DNA of 64,000 nt from Balanoglossus misakiensis (lineage: Eukaryota > Animalia > Hemichordata): contig CM082590.2 of assembly GCA_040954595.2 (NCBI GenBank), forward strand, positions 9,884,088 through 9,948,087, given 5' to 3'. Below, one piece after another: positions 23,053-36,365 of the stretch (positions are counted from its first letter, which is position 1; every line of letters starts with the position of its first letter). The notes beneath the pieces are model-generated. The model did not search any database, had not been told where the DNA came from, and saw only the letters and a program-made list of their open reading frames with translations. A program made the translations under genes and the position numbers.

Positions 23053-26000
23053 TCAAATTTGCTGATAAAAGATTGCAACTTGTGAATCTATTGTTTGTGT
23101 TTGATACATTGTAGATGTCCGGCGGCTATTCCATGCACAGGTTGTGTGAGTATTCGCTACACATGGAAATGGCAAAGAAACATGCAACAGGCTGTACAAG
23201 CATTCTGCAGACCCGCACAAGCTGTTACTAGTGCGAACATGCCGATTCTTGCTTGTTTGTCGTCTGCATCGTTCAAGAACAAAATAGTACCAAACTTGTT
23301 ACGTCATCGACGTATTTATACGTTCTATTCTCAAACGGGGTGCGAGAAGAACAACAAGAACCGGTGACCAGACATGTCGATGGAAGGACGACAAAATTAG
23401 CTCACATATGAAACAAAAGGTCATGGTAAACTCAAAGATGGCGAATGCATCATTTATACATCATTTTTAACAAGGGAAAGTGAATAGAGACATTTTTGTA
23501 TTTTTGTACCTATAAAAGTATTGATTGGATTATGTATGTAAGCTTTTTATCATCGGATTAATCTTTATCAGATGATAAATTATGACCGTCTTTGATGGTT
23601 GTTGACGAAAAAATTAAATGAAATCATTTTGGAATAAAAGAACTTCAATAACCAATTCGCTTGTTTCCTACCTAAAAATAAATTGTAGTCTGGTTAAGCT
23701 GTTTTCCAATTACAATTTTCCAAGAACAGTGATATTTTCGCTTCGAAATTGTATTTTATTCAAAAATAGCATTTTCGAAATTGGACGAAATTTTACTGGC
23801 TGTTTGCTATGCACAAAAGGTTACTGCAAAAACTGTGATTCAAGGCGTGTGAATCAAGAAAATGAAACCGAAATCTTGTCTGCTGTCAGACATAGTCAGA
23901 CGGTCATGAACTTAACCAGACGACACTAACCCGGATGTTGAAACGACCCATTTGGGGAATCGATTTGGATGGATGTGGTTAGAGTCGGCAAATAAAGAGT
24001 AACTACTCAATTACACCAGCGGTAATTAGTGGGATATTTTTTGAGAAATTTCAAGTTTTCCACAAACATTTCAGCCGACACAGATTCTTTGGCGGTGTGG
24101 TGGTTACGTAACGCCAAAGTCGGTTTCTGAAGGCTACCTTTGAAGATGAAATCTCTCGGGTGTGATTCGGTCACTCTCGGCTTTATTTACACTTCTGAAG
24201 GCGCCGATGTAATGTACGACTTTTTATCAACATGCGTCTTACAAGACCCCTGCTTTTGTTGCCAACTTGTCGGGACCAATAAACAAGACTAAAGAAGTTG
24301 CCCAATAGTGATCTCTAGAACTACAACAATGAGAAACAGAGAAAGACAGACGGCGGCAGGCTTTAAAGATTACAGAGACCAGTTCCGCTGCTCCCAGTGG
24401 TCATTAAGGAACCAAATATTTGGGCTTTACACCACCGCACCAAGATGAACACGAGCGCCCCCTCCCAAACCATGCACAACCACCTCCACAACAAACCTAT
24501 GACAACCAATATCGTTTGCGTCAGTTTGAGAACTCACTAAATTTTAATTACACTTCATTAACCAGCAATATTAGGCAATAGTTTTATTCTAATTTGAAAG
24601 TTAAATCGATTTTGCACCTTTGTAGTGTTATATTGTTACAGTAAACACGCGGTATAACTACTTTAATAAAAAAGAAACTTAATATTAGAAGCAGTAAAAC
24701 TATATATTATGGTCACATATTTTGGCGCGCATTTCACTGAAGAAAAATATAGACACACCATTATTTTCTTACCTACACTAGGCAATTATGAAAAACACAC
24801 GCACTTGATTTGTACATGTTGATTACAAACAGGGGATTTGAGTTTTGTTTTACCAGTTTCCTGTACATTTGCATATGTTTTTGTCCATATTAATTTCTCA
24901 GAAATTTTTACCAAACATACGTGTTGAATCCTAACTACACCCGTTATGATCATAATTGGATATGTGGATTAATATGGGCACGATATTCGATTTCGTGGAT
25001 AATCACTTTTTAATGGGACCACGCAGTCCGTAGATATCCTCGTTTCGACGCTCTCGAACAAAAATGCGAAGCCACGGAAACGACCAAACTACAGGTTTTC
25101 GCGGGTACGTCAGCCGTAGGCAAGCTGAGGCAGGGCTCGTTTTCAGAACGCTCGTTAAAAGGCGCCGAGGGAAGATAGGAGACTGATAAATGTTGGTTAA
25201 GTTCGGAGTCGTTTACAGCGTTTTGAGTGAAAATTTCTCGGGGAGAAAAAAAGAGAAAGACAGACTCACCAGTTCTCGTTGTTCGCTTGGTTGCCAGTGT
25301 ATCCCCTCGCACGGTGCTTGCCTGGAGGAGTTGACCACATCAGGATCGAAAACTTGCCTTCCAATTTGAAAACATTCTGAGGTGGGTAACGTACCCCCGC
25401 CATGTCTAGAGCTAAATGAAGACAAAGAAGAAAACGAACTATGAACCGTCGTTAAGGGAAGCGCTAATGGGGCCAATATATCATTAGAAACAATAAAACT
25501 CAATGATGGACGGCACAACGACATAGCGCGCCGCCATATTGATGACGTGAAGAATGTATGTTCCGCCATCTTGTTGACGGGTATGCAGGCGATGACAGAA
25601 AACGACACTCTATAAAATGTTGATGTCATAAAATAAGACAAAATGTCGTCTGACAAATAGATAACTAATACAAATTAGGGCTTGTGCATCAATGCCTTGT
25701 TGTGCTTGATGTCTGTCATTGGTCTCGAGCCAACGACTAGCCATTGTTCTGCCAATCCGCCTGTCAGCGTAACTAACAAGCGTGACAGCTGAACTACACC
25801 AGGCTTACAAAGTTCACCCGCGTTTTTCAGTAAAAATTGGCAAAGATGGATAAGCCTGCGTTTTACTGCCAACTTCTTCTCTCTCCTTTCACAAAATGGG
25901 AGCAAGCTTCTGGCGACAGCTTACGAGGATAATTACTGCACCGCGAAAACAGTGGGTGAAAGTTCAAACGTGGTACGAGCCTTGTTGGGTCAGCAAATTG

Positions 26001-26689
26001 ACAAATTTTACAAACACCCCATTGCTCTCAAACAATGCAACACGTCGACAGAAGATTAATTCTATCTGAAATTTATAGAACACTTTTAAGAAACTATCCC
26101 TGCAAAGCACAAAGGTTACATCGAACTTTTGACTTATATTTTCCAACAGATGGTGGCCCAGGGTACTTGAGCGCTCGCGAAGGCTGTAACCGCTGTTAAG
26201 TTCTCCTATTTTCTCAAGAATTTCCTCAGAATTTCTTGATATCTGAAGTTCAATGCGACAGACTATAGCTTCACTGCTTTGGATTACTGAGCGCCTGGCT
26301 CTTGAAAAACATCCTAAACTCGCGGACTAAAGCTTGAATTATTGTGGAATGTTGCCTGTAAAAGTTTACATCGTTCCCAGCTAACCTGGAGAGAAGGTAC
26401 CATACCAAACCAAGTGATGCAGTTGCCAGGCGACGGAAGTTACACTCTGCATCAACACCACGAATGGACAAGGTAGGAATGTAAGTTGTCAGTGTCTTAA
26501 ATCTGAGCCAGGTTAATGTTTGTCGTCGGAAAAACGAAAGAAAGTTTCTCAACTAAAGTTGTGAAAGAAGCAAACTGGTTGCGGCAACTTTTCTTTAAAG
26601 TGGACAACATATACGACAAATGTAGAACTACTAGACACATACACCGAACGTTTATATTACCATAGTGCACACTACATGTATATAAGTTT

Positions 26690-26765
26690 TCTCTCTCCTC
26701 CCCTCTCTCTCCCCCTCCCTGTCTCTCTCCTCTCCCTCTCTCTATCCCCCCCTCTCTCACACACA
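26690..26765. repeat. (CT)n/C-rich tract
   Basis: Seen directly. Confidence 0.85.
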
Positions 26766-27628
26766 TATTATCAAGGACACCAAAACTCTTTGGCCGATAA
26801 CTTTTGACAAGCCTGGCGTAAATGATGAATTGGGCAGAGTCTTGTCGATTAAATCGCTCTGCCAACTTGGATGTCTGTAATTTGCGGGGGTAACACGTCC
26901 GTGACCCACGAGAATGTGTCTCTTTGGGGGCAGTCGATTCGAACTGACAACTTGACAGATAATGATGTTCTTCCGCATGTGTTTTGTATACTGTGAGTTC
27001 AGGGTACGCGTCTACATCACTGAAAGTGACATGAGAACGAACGCCTACTGTCCCTACAGAAAAGGCGCGGCAAATTTTCTGGGTCAAAAATTTGCAAAAG
27101 TGCCTGAATTTTGACTAAAAGAAGTCTGTAAAATCCATTTCATCGATTATACAGCTTACATTTTGCAATGCTTATCCAAAATTGTCCTCATTATTTCAAC
27201 AGACTTTGTTTATGGCGATGAAAAACATCTAAGGTTCGCAACTCCATTTTTGACACACTTGGTAAAGATATTAAACAAGTTGATGAGAAACACGCCCGGG
27301 CTAGGCGTGTTGATGGTATTGCAGAGTGATTCACAGAGGAAGGACAGTTGTGATCTGTTTGCGTTTCGATGCTCTGTAAAAACAAACTGAAAATTCTGAA
27401 CAAGAGGACGAACTCCAGAAATTTCAACGTACCCTGTGAATCGATTAAGTTCCCATCAACCAACCACCGTGACAGTGAAACGACCTAAGAACCTTGACTT
27501 CTTATAACTGTGACAGAGTACTCAGACAATGTTGTCGATTGGAATGCATGACGTTAATTTTAACCCACAAAATTTCGAATTTCATAGCTTTTGGTGAGTT
27601 TTGTGCATCAACAGTTGATTTTTGGTAT

Positions 27629-27649
27629 CACGTGATCCAACTGCCCAAT
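27629..27649 (-). promoter_or_regulatory. Orphan CCAAT + E-box module (candidate distal promoter)
   Basis: Minus strand ATTGG-N10-CACGTG, same geometry and orientation as at Hox3 and Hox4. Confidence 0.45.
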
Positions 27650-30626
27650 CACGAAAGCGTATTGGCTATATGGCTTGATATATTGTTTTAGAGTCAAAAT
27701 GACCATCGCTCGTAAATTACTGATGTAAGTTATTATACGACCTCCAGCCATTAAAAAGAGGCTCTCAATCTCACCTTTTAAATAATCCCTAAAACACTCG
27801 ATGTGACAAAACTGACCGGGGTGTTTGTTTTATTGAATGGCGGACTGACCGAACAGCTCCTCTGTTTCGCAAGAATGTTTGCCCGCTTGGTACCCAAATC
27901 TCACGTGGTTCCCGTAACTTTTTTTCTGCAAACCCGTTGTGCAGACAAGCTACGTAAGTTCAACTCATTATTTTTGGTTGTTTCATTATTTTCTTTGGAA
28001 ATGGTGAGGTCGAGTGAGCGAACCGTTGCGAGTGCAAATAGTTGGTGTTGAAACAACAGCAACTTTGGGGGACTAAACTACGCGCCTGTTTGTCAAATTT
28101 GCTAGGATGGAAAATGTCGACTACGAACAGGAAAAGAACAGCAAAATTGAACCATTTAACCAATCATGGCTGCGACTCGCAGCGATTTCCATTTCTGTGC
28201 TGTGACGTCACTCTTTTAAAAGCTATAATTGCCAGACAGAATTGACAATTGTAGCTGGAATTTATCCATTTTCAGTGCACCTTGTCTTCCAGATGCTCTT
28301 GTTCAATGCTACCGCTGCTATTGTGATCAAATGTAAACACGAACTTACGTGGACAATCTGTCTGACAAATGCCAAAGTCTGTGACGTGTGTGGCGGCCAA
28401 GATGAAAAACCGACATTCTCGCACTTCGCCCTAAGCCGCGTGAAATTCAAAGCGTTTCGTGGCGAATTTTGACGACAAGTTATCGTCACAGGAAGTCACA
28501 AGCAAGATTGTCCTCGGGATAAATACCTCACAAAATATCACCATAATTACTCCATCCGTACCAGTTACCCTGATTGCCCTGAAGGTGGCGTTTGTTCGTG
28601 ACGTATTTGTAGATCAAGCAATACATTCACTGTTGTTTGCTTCGGCCCTTACAACTTTCACTTTTTGTAGTCTGCCAAAGATAGTTCCAACTTTTACCGC
28701 GCTTTTGGATTAAACTTGAACTGCCAATCACACTCGAGCACCACGCACCAAAATCGACCACTCAATAACCGTATTCTTGGCGCTCGCGCGTCAATATTTT
28801 TCAATGACAACACAAAGAGTGTCTGAACACTTGCAACAAGTTGAAAAATCGAGGCGGGGTTCCTTTCCTCTTATCATTTTCGGGGGGTCATGACCCTCAC
28901 AGGTTTATGTGGCATGTCCTATCGAATTCTCTATTGTTGGTTTATTTGCCTTTGTCTTTGCTACATGTCTTAAAGTGAATAGTATGTACACCCCCTTTAA
29001 AAGTGCAACGACTGGCGGCACTGATGCAAACTATAGCCTATAAGTGTAAAATGGCAACATTCATCTGCAGCTCGACCAAGTTCATGAAACACATACACAT
29101 AGCACATGATTTGCACCGAACGACAAATTCGGAAATATTTAACTACAGTGTTATCATGGATATTTACATTGTCTCGTTTGATATTACATCACCATCTTTG
29201 TGTCAGAGAAAGTCCATCTACTTTGATTTGATATGTATAGCGTATTTAGAACCTGATCACACTTATAATTTATTCATCAACCAATGTATAAAAGATGAAA
29301 TTGGAATTCGGAAGAAAAAAATCAACTTCAGGGATTACCACTTGGTTTCTTTCACGCTCGTTAGACGTCCCGACATTTTACGAGATTATGTGATTTTTTG
29401 TCTGCGTGGTCTCTAATAAGTCTGCCGACAGAGAGCAATAAAATTCTTCCGAATAGTGATCCTGAATTAGATTGAATGACTAATGAATCCAGTGTTATGT
29501 CATAGAGTAAGATAATTGCCCCTATTACCATATTGGTTCAGATTTTCAACAGCCAAAAGTTGTCGTTCAGGCAAACTTTCTGGCGGCAAATTTACCGAAT
29601 TTGGAAGAAAGCGACTGCATCGATGTCGTTTGGCATCGCATGTCTGGAAGTTTTTAAAACAACAGTAACTATGCTAGAAAATCCCAACAGACTGAAAACA
29701 CAACTTTCTATCGTTCGGGCTAATTTTGTTGCATCTTCGACCAATGACTCCTTTGAACAAAAGAGAAAAGAGTGCCGACCCTGCTCTTTGTTTCACATCC
29801 AACACTTGTCCACAATACTCGCTGACTTATTTATGACGAGCAAACATTCCCTCAGGTATCGTAGAGACTTTGTGGGACTGTTACTTTTTTGTTAATCTTT
29901 TGGGCGATCTGTGACGAGAGGCAATTCCATCTTGTGGTTTGAAAGAAATAGCATCACGCAGAATGTATGTAAATGGAAATACTCTCTGTTCGCGGCACTA
30001 TCTTGGTTTAGTATCTCTCTTATTCTTGTTGTTATTTTAAATTGACTTTTAGTGGCTGTAAACACCTGTTCACTTCGAACTCGTCGTTTTAGAGCAAGGA
30101 GATGAGCTACCGAATTTGCGCGGCGTTGTGCATCCTTCAGGTTTTCGTCTGCACCATCGTGGTGACGACTTTTTCTCGTGCCTTTTGTGCTATCTCTCAG
30201 CTCGGTGTGAAAAGCCCTCCTTTTCAGAAATCCTAACACGCCTCCAGTTGCCGAGGAGGACATAGCAAAGTGCTTCATAAGTACCCCGAGTTCCGCGCTA
30301 TCGCCAGTTTTCGCTGGCTCCGGCACCGCCAAGATAGAACTCCGTCTACGTCCCGCCAAATTGTTCCCCTAAGAACGGAATATAATGTAGTTGAGTGTCG
30401 TTACGAGCGTCCCAATACGCCTCCATGAAAAATCCAACTTGATTCATTTCGCTGCTGTCTCGCATCATCCCCACGTCATTGCAAGGAAAGAAGGACTGAG
30501 TCCCTCTCTCAAGACGTTTCGGTGATAGATTGTTCTGACTTGGCCCAATGAACCGATATCGCTGATCTGATATGCATTCGGTTACTTAGTGATTTGTAAA
30601 CGCTGCTCGTCCCCGAACAAAATCCC

Positions 30627-30871
30627 AAAGCAGCAATGTTGCAAATATTTCTAAAATGACGCCGATATTGTTTCTTTTTTTCAATGCAGCGCGTCGCGTT
30701 TCTATTATCTCTGGCGGGAAAAATTATCGTCGGCTGATTCCTGCAGCGTCTCAAAGCAACAATGTTGCCAATTTTTCGAAAATGACGCCAATATTGTTTC
30801 TTTTGTTCAAGCAGCGCGTCCCTTTTCTATTATATTTGGCGCGAAAAAAATATCGCCAGCAGATTCTTCAG
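30627..30871. repeat. ~125-bp tandem duplication
   Basis: aaagca.caatgttgc...aaaatgacgcc.atattgtttctttt...gcagcgcgtc...ttctattat..tggcg.gaaaaa.tatcg occurs twice. Confidence 0.9.
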
Positions 30872-33800
30872 TAAAATTTTCAAACGTGTACAAGAAGTCA
30901 CATTTCACTACAGAACTGCGTGGTCCTCCGAAGGGATATCATAAAATAAAAATTGTTGAAATGAGAAATTAAAACACGCCTTTTAGTCTGAATTTACGTT
31001 CCGAATGACATATAAATGCTACTTTCTATGGCAAATACTTTTAAAATATAAATTTACAGAAATTATTGTTATAACAGACCAACTAAATATTTTAAGCAAA
31101 TGCCATAAATGTTTAGATTAACCTATACTGGTTTCTTTTCAGCTATTTTGCCTAAATAAAGCCATTACTGGAGAATAAGAAGCACAAACTCATTGTTAAA
31201 TATTTGGGTCAGGTATAGCTGCTCGACCAAACGATAATAATTCATCTAATTCAGTGATTTACTGAAGTGTTTCGAGATCGCTGATGACGCACGACACAGA
31301 TCATCTGTTTCAGGAGAATGGTGACTTCTGCCATTTTATTTTTGTAAAAGAATAACATTTACCTCACTGCAACGAGCAGACGATTCGAAAGAAACTAAAA
31401 CTCTCTGCCCACAAGTTGTCGTCTGGTCGAGAAAATGTCAAAATCAGGCACGAATTCTGTCATAATAAGCTTATGTCTTACAGTTTAAGAAAACTTGCAC
31501 TTTTACTTCTATCAAAACATGTTCACGTGATCACGCGTATTTGGAAAACAATAAAACATTTCAAAATATACAATTAATCTCACGCGTAAGAATCGTACTC
31601 GTAGATTCTGTTTTTCATCTACAAGCACTACGTCCATCAAGTGATTGCATGCTTTGAGTAAGTTTCTATATTTTCATATCCGAGTAGGCAGATACCCGGC
31701 ATCAGATAATGTTGCTGGAACCATTTTACCATCCGTCTTACACAGTCGTTAAGGTTTATCGATTATGAACTGAAGTCACCACAGTGGTTGTTGCAAATAG
31801 AAGATATATCTGGCTAACTTTGAGGTTAGAGAGAACCTACTTCTGTACCTTGATAAGATGAGATATATGAATTGGAAATTTTTCTATCGTTCAACATCTC
31901 AAGAAGACGCGTATCCACTGAATATGATTTTGGTAATAATTGACTGGCTTCATAACAGACAACTCTTGCCACAGATAAATATCAAGCATGGGATCTCGAA
32001 GAAATCTCAACAAAATTCAGTCGGATGCACAACGCGCGGCATAAAAATCAACCAAAAAATCAAATATAATAATTGAGAAAGTAAATATCTTCTGATCATT
32101 TTATAGCTCACAGCAAACGGAAATTAAGTTTAACAAGTTAGAGTTCTTAATTGAAGTGCTGATGATTTCTAAAGCTAAAATATCGTTCTACTATAGCCTT
32201 ACATTGTTGATGATCGCAGTGAGTTACGTTACAATATATTGAAATAAACTAAAGTTTTATTGTAAGATTTTCAGTGTAGGCATCTATTTCGTTGCCGTCT
32301 ACAGTGAAATTGAGAGATGGCGGTCGAATTTTGTAACACGTTTCGAAGAAATGCTCGCGTTTGTTGACATCGGTATTTTACACAGGGGCCTTGGTATGAT
32401 TTTAGTATAAATTGAAAGGCAGTAACGCAGGCAAAACTGCAAGACGGTTGGAATTCTCCAGGTTCGACGAAAAATGCCACTGTTGTTGCGGGCGGGAAAG
32501 TGCTAACAGCAAACTACAGTCAGGAACGGACGCCATGTTACAATGTGCCCCAGTCAGCCGAACCCTGTGAACATGTCTAGCGTCGGTCTGTCACATAATT
32601 TACAAAGTAAATGACTCTTTTGACAAAAACCTCCGACAACTGAACCGCTCGGAAACATCCGGGAATGTCAGATTCGTTGTTGGGGAGGCATAAATCTCCA
32701 AAAGCCAAATCAAAGACAACACTTCGACGTAAGGCCGAAAGCACTTTGGTGCTTTTTTCGACGTTGTCGTTCATTCGAGTGAAATGAAGGCAAGCCATGC
32801 CAAAGGGGTAACCCCAAAACACACGGTTATTGAAATACTGTCGTCTGACAGCAAATCATTCCACCAGAATAATCCAGAAAAAACTTGACAAAGAACTGAG
32901 AAATATTACAAGGAAAGACCACTGTACCAACAACGACAACCAGTGTTGGAAAACGTTAAGAGAAAAAACGCACCTTATATTTTGCTGCTCGGAACATAAA
33001 TAGATCATATTCTTCGCAGTATTTACACGGTTAAGTTACATTGTTAGCCGGGGATGGAAAATTGATCACGAATAAAATTTATGCGCTGCAGTGTTGAGAC
33101 AAGTAATAGTTTGAGAAGGTCAGTGATATGTACTCGGGGTAGCGAGTCCCAGCGATATAACTCTCGTATCGGATGAAATATGGCATGCGCGAGATTATTA
33201 ATCGCACCGTGGAGCAGTCTTAAGCTGTGTTGAATTGAGGACAGTATTTTATGCTTGCACGACTATTACAAAGTCACACTTCCTGTGCTAGAAAGAGGAA
33301 GGGTCACGAATCTTTTACGACGCTACAGTCAACATGCAAGTTCACTGTTTCACGAACATGTCATCGCGTACTGTTTGTGTTTGTACACAACGCACAGTTA
33401 TACGAAAGCAAAACAAGACAACAAATGGCAGAATGCAACGGAACATTTTCCAAGTTGCTTGTGCACTTTTCAACTTAAGCTATTCTCCCCTTCCACAGCT
33501 TAACCAACTACCCGAACAACCACACTACATGTTATCACATCCCAGCACAACTTCTTTGCAAGACTCACATTTCATGACGTAATCAATCCGCTTCACTTTT
33601 GGAACACGTCCAGACTTGACCTTCACAGGAAAACAACACAAATTGGCCGACAGTCAAAATATCTCTGCGCCGAATCAAATTTTAACACCTATACCTTCCT
33701 GTGGATTCTGAACCCAAATACAATAAGACATTATAAAAACATTAAAAGCATGAATTATCGTTCTGAGCTTAAGGTGACCTCGTTTATTCCCGCGCATAAA

Positions 33801-34742
33801 ATGTAGCGGTATTTTTTTATACTATTTTCGAGCATTAATTATTTAAGGTCTTTCAGAAGGTGCAGTAAATATTCACAGGGATAGCTGTCACCTATCCTTC
33901 GATTACCTGAGTTATTCTCTGTCCCAAAAGTGTCATAAAGCGCACACAGGAAAACGTATGTGATGAGTCGCAGCATTCTACGTGTGTAGGCCGCTGTCAA
34001 AGACGGACGCAATCTATACCCTGCACATGTATTTTTTTAAAACAATAACACTTCTTTTTTTATTTCAATCTATTCAAAGCATAACAGTGAGTAAGAGAGA
34101 GAGAAAGACAATAAATTACAACAAATAGAGGACTATCTTGAAAGAAAACTGGTACAATTTGTGACCCAAACGATAAGAGACAAAATGTGATTGCGCTACA
34201 CCACCGCGAGTTCACCCAGTTATTAAAACATACATTACGCTGGGTGTGATGAATTTGTTGAAAAACAAAAGATATTTTAAATAAATTCTTGTCTGAATTC
34301 TGTGTTAAAAGTAATGTGCCCGCTAAACAGAAGAAATGACCATATATACACAGATAAAAATTCGTCATATGCAGGAACGCAAGGTGAAGTACGAGGTACA
34401 CGTGAATATAGAATGCTCGCCCTTAGCTTGGCTTTTGGTGAAGGGATGGGGATTGACCCTGGCGAAAAAAGCATGATTTTTGTGGCATGCATTCGTGGCA
34501 TGGAATTAACTAATATTGAAAAAGGTTACATGGTGTGCATTTAGAAAAAAATGGTGAGGGTTAGCTTCAGGGCGAGCGACAAAAAGCCAAGGTGCGGGCT
34601 AGCGGGCTACAATGTGTGTGTGCTGAGTGAAAGTTCTCGCTAGAAATACCATGCGTTGCATTGTGTTGTATTGTGACGCGAATAACAGCCGAGTTTGTCC
34701 TCCCCCCTAAAAGACTATGCCCCCATCATCCGAAGAGTCCTT

Positions 34743-35047
34743 TTAAACCTGAACAGCCGAAGTGTCTGTGGTTTCCGTGGGACTGAAAGACGCACCCTGA
34801 GATTGCGATTGACTCTTGGTTTTCGTGTTTGGTAGATTATGGTCCTTTTTCCACTTCATGCGTCGATTCTGGAACCAGATCTTGACCTGCCGCTCCGTCA
34901 AGCCGAGAGCGTGCGCGATCTCGATCCGCCTTCGCCTGGTCAAGTAACGGTTAAAGTGGAACTCTTTCTCTAACTCCAGGACCTGATAGCGCGTGTAGGC
35001 CGTCCGGGTGCGCTTGTGTTCTGTGCCGTTCTGGGCTGTACCAACGC
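34743..35047 (-). CDS. Hox4: Hox4 (Dfd group) exon 2, homeodomain
   Basis: Acceptor aatttc[62 protein letters not shown] followed by the PG4-diagnostic LPNTK. Confidence 0.96.
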
Positions 35048-35666
35048 CTGAAATTTTAAGGAGATTATTAATCACACAGTGCAAACATACTGCGCACAAT
35101 TAATGATCGCGCTAATATGCGGGGTGTTCGTCTACAACGTCATGCTGGCTGTCGAACCTCCACACGCACATACTACACATTTGGGCTTCGGACATTTACT
35201 TTCCTCAGTACTCGAATACACAATACACAATTCACTGCTTCCTATTACATTTTTTGGATGAGTATTTTGAACTAAAATGAATGGAAGTCGGATGTTGATT
35301 ATGGGCGAATTTGACAAGACTAAGCTCTTTCAATGACAGGATAATTAAATTTATGGTGTGGGGACTCATTTATCTAAAGGCCAACGCGTGTAAAGTTCGA
35401 TTTATGACCCTACAAAACCAAAACACGAGTCACATGGGCTATACTACGATCGGGAGACCGTCTCTTGACCGATATTTTCTCAGACGACAGAATTTACCTT
35501 CATGGTCGGTCACATTTTGTCGGCTGCACGATCATTTTGGACCAATATGATTCGCGACATAGTTTACAATATTGCTACATTGAAACTTCAACTAGGGTCG
35601 TTCGTGGATTTGTGTATTTTTGGATTTTGACAAGCAGACGACAGGAATTGAAAGCGGGATATTTAC
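35048..35666 (-). other. Hox4 intron (619 bp, GT-AG, phase 1)
   Basis: Donor CCAG|GTAAAT and acceptor tttcAG|GC join in frame (529+305=834 nt). Confidence 0.92.
35334..35407. promoter_or_regulatory. Homeodomain-site cluster in Hox4 intron (HB-1-like)
   Basis: TGACAG 35334, TAATTA 35342, TTTATGG 35350, CGATTTATGA 35398. Confidence 0.5.
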
Positions 35667-36195
35667 CTGGGTGAATATGTGCTCGTTTCATCCACGGATA
35701 CATAACTTTTTGGTTTGTGGTGGCAGTTATCGGCGGCGTTGTCGACCCCGGCTGCGGGCTGTACGCTGGCTGTTCCTGCTGCTGTTGCTGTTGCTGCGAC
35801 TGTTGCTGCTGCTGTTGTTGTTGTTGGTTCGGCTGCTGTTCGTGCGACTGCGGCGGGGCTTGTCGTGCATGTTCGGCGACAACCTGCGGGGAGCACGGCT
35901 GCTGGTTTATGTGGCCGTTTTGTGAGTGGACAGCGTGAACGGGCGACTCGCCGGCCGCACTGTGTGAGAGATTCTGAGGCGAGCTGTAATGAGGGTACGT
36001 CGTAGCGTTGCCGTTGTATGTGGACTGGCCGTACGCTGCTTGCTGTGTGTACTGATAGCCATAGTTATGGTTGTAATTTTGGTTGTAAAACTGTCCCTGG
36101 TTCGTAATATAGCTCGACTGTGAATATTCCTCAACCGGTGGAAACTTCGGATCAACAGCATAACTGGTGTTCATCAGAAACGAGCTCATACTCAT
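35667..36195 (-). CDS. Hox4: Hox4 exon 1
   Basis: PG4 N-terminus MSMSSFLMNTSYAVDPKFPPVEEYSQ, poly-Q tract, hexapeptide VMYPWMKRAH. Confidence 0.96.
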
Positions 36196-36365
36196 TAAAT
36201 TTCGGCGAAGAACTATAATGTATTTCCTTTGTCGTTTTTACTTTACGGGCAACCCTCCCCATCAAACGTCAACTTAACCAAGATGCCCTAAATCACGTGA
36301 CTACGCCTGGCCAATGAGGTGAGGGCACAGTGACCTGTCGTTTACCATGGGGACATGATGGATGT
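36196..36365 (-). promoter_or_regulatory. Hox4 proximal promoter / 5' UTR
   Basis: ATTGG (36315-36311)-N11-CACGTG (36299-36294); GGAGGG; AAAAACGACAAAG (36239-36227); GAAATTTA directly before the ATG. Confidence 0.7.

Noticed and set aside
26497-27087. 196-aa ORF
   Set aside because: Runs through a (GA)n tract; no domain similarity recognised.
29892-30359. 155-aa minus-strand ORF
   Set aside because: Non-ATG start, no recognisable domain and no splice support.
35620-36161. Poly-C/L/A/T ORFs overlapping Hox4 exon 1
   Set aside because: Alternative frames of the CAG/CAA poly-Q region.
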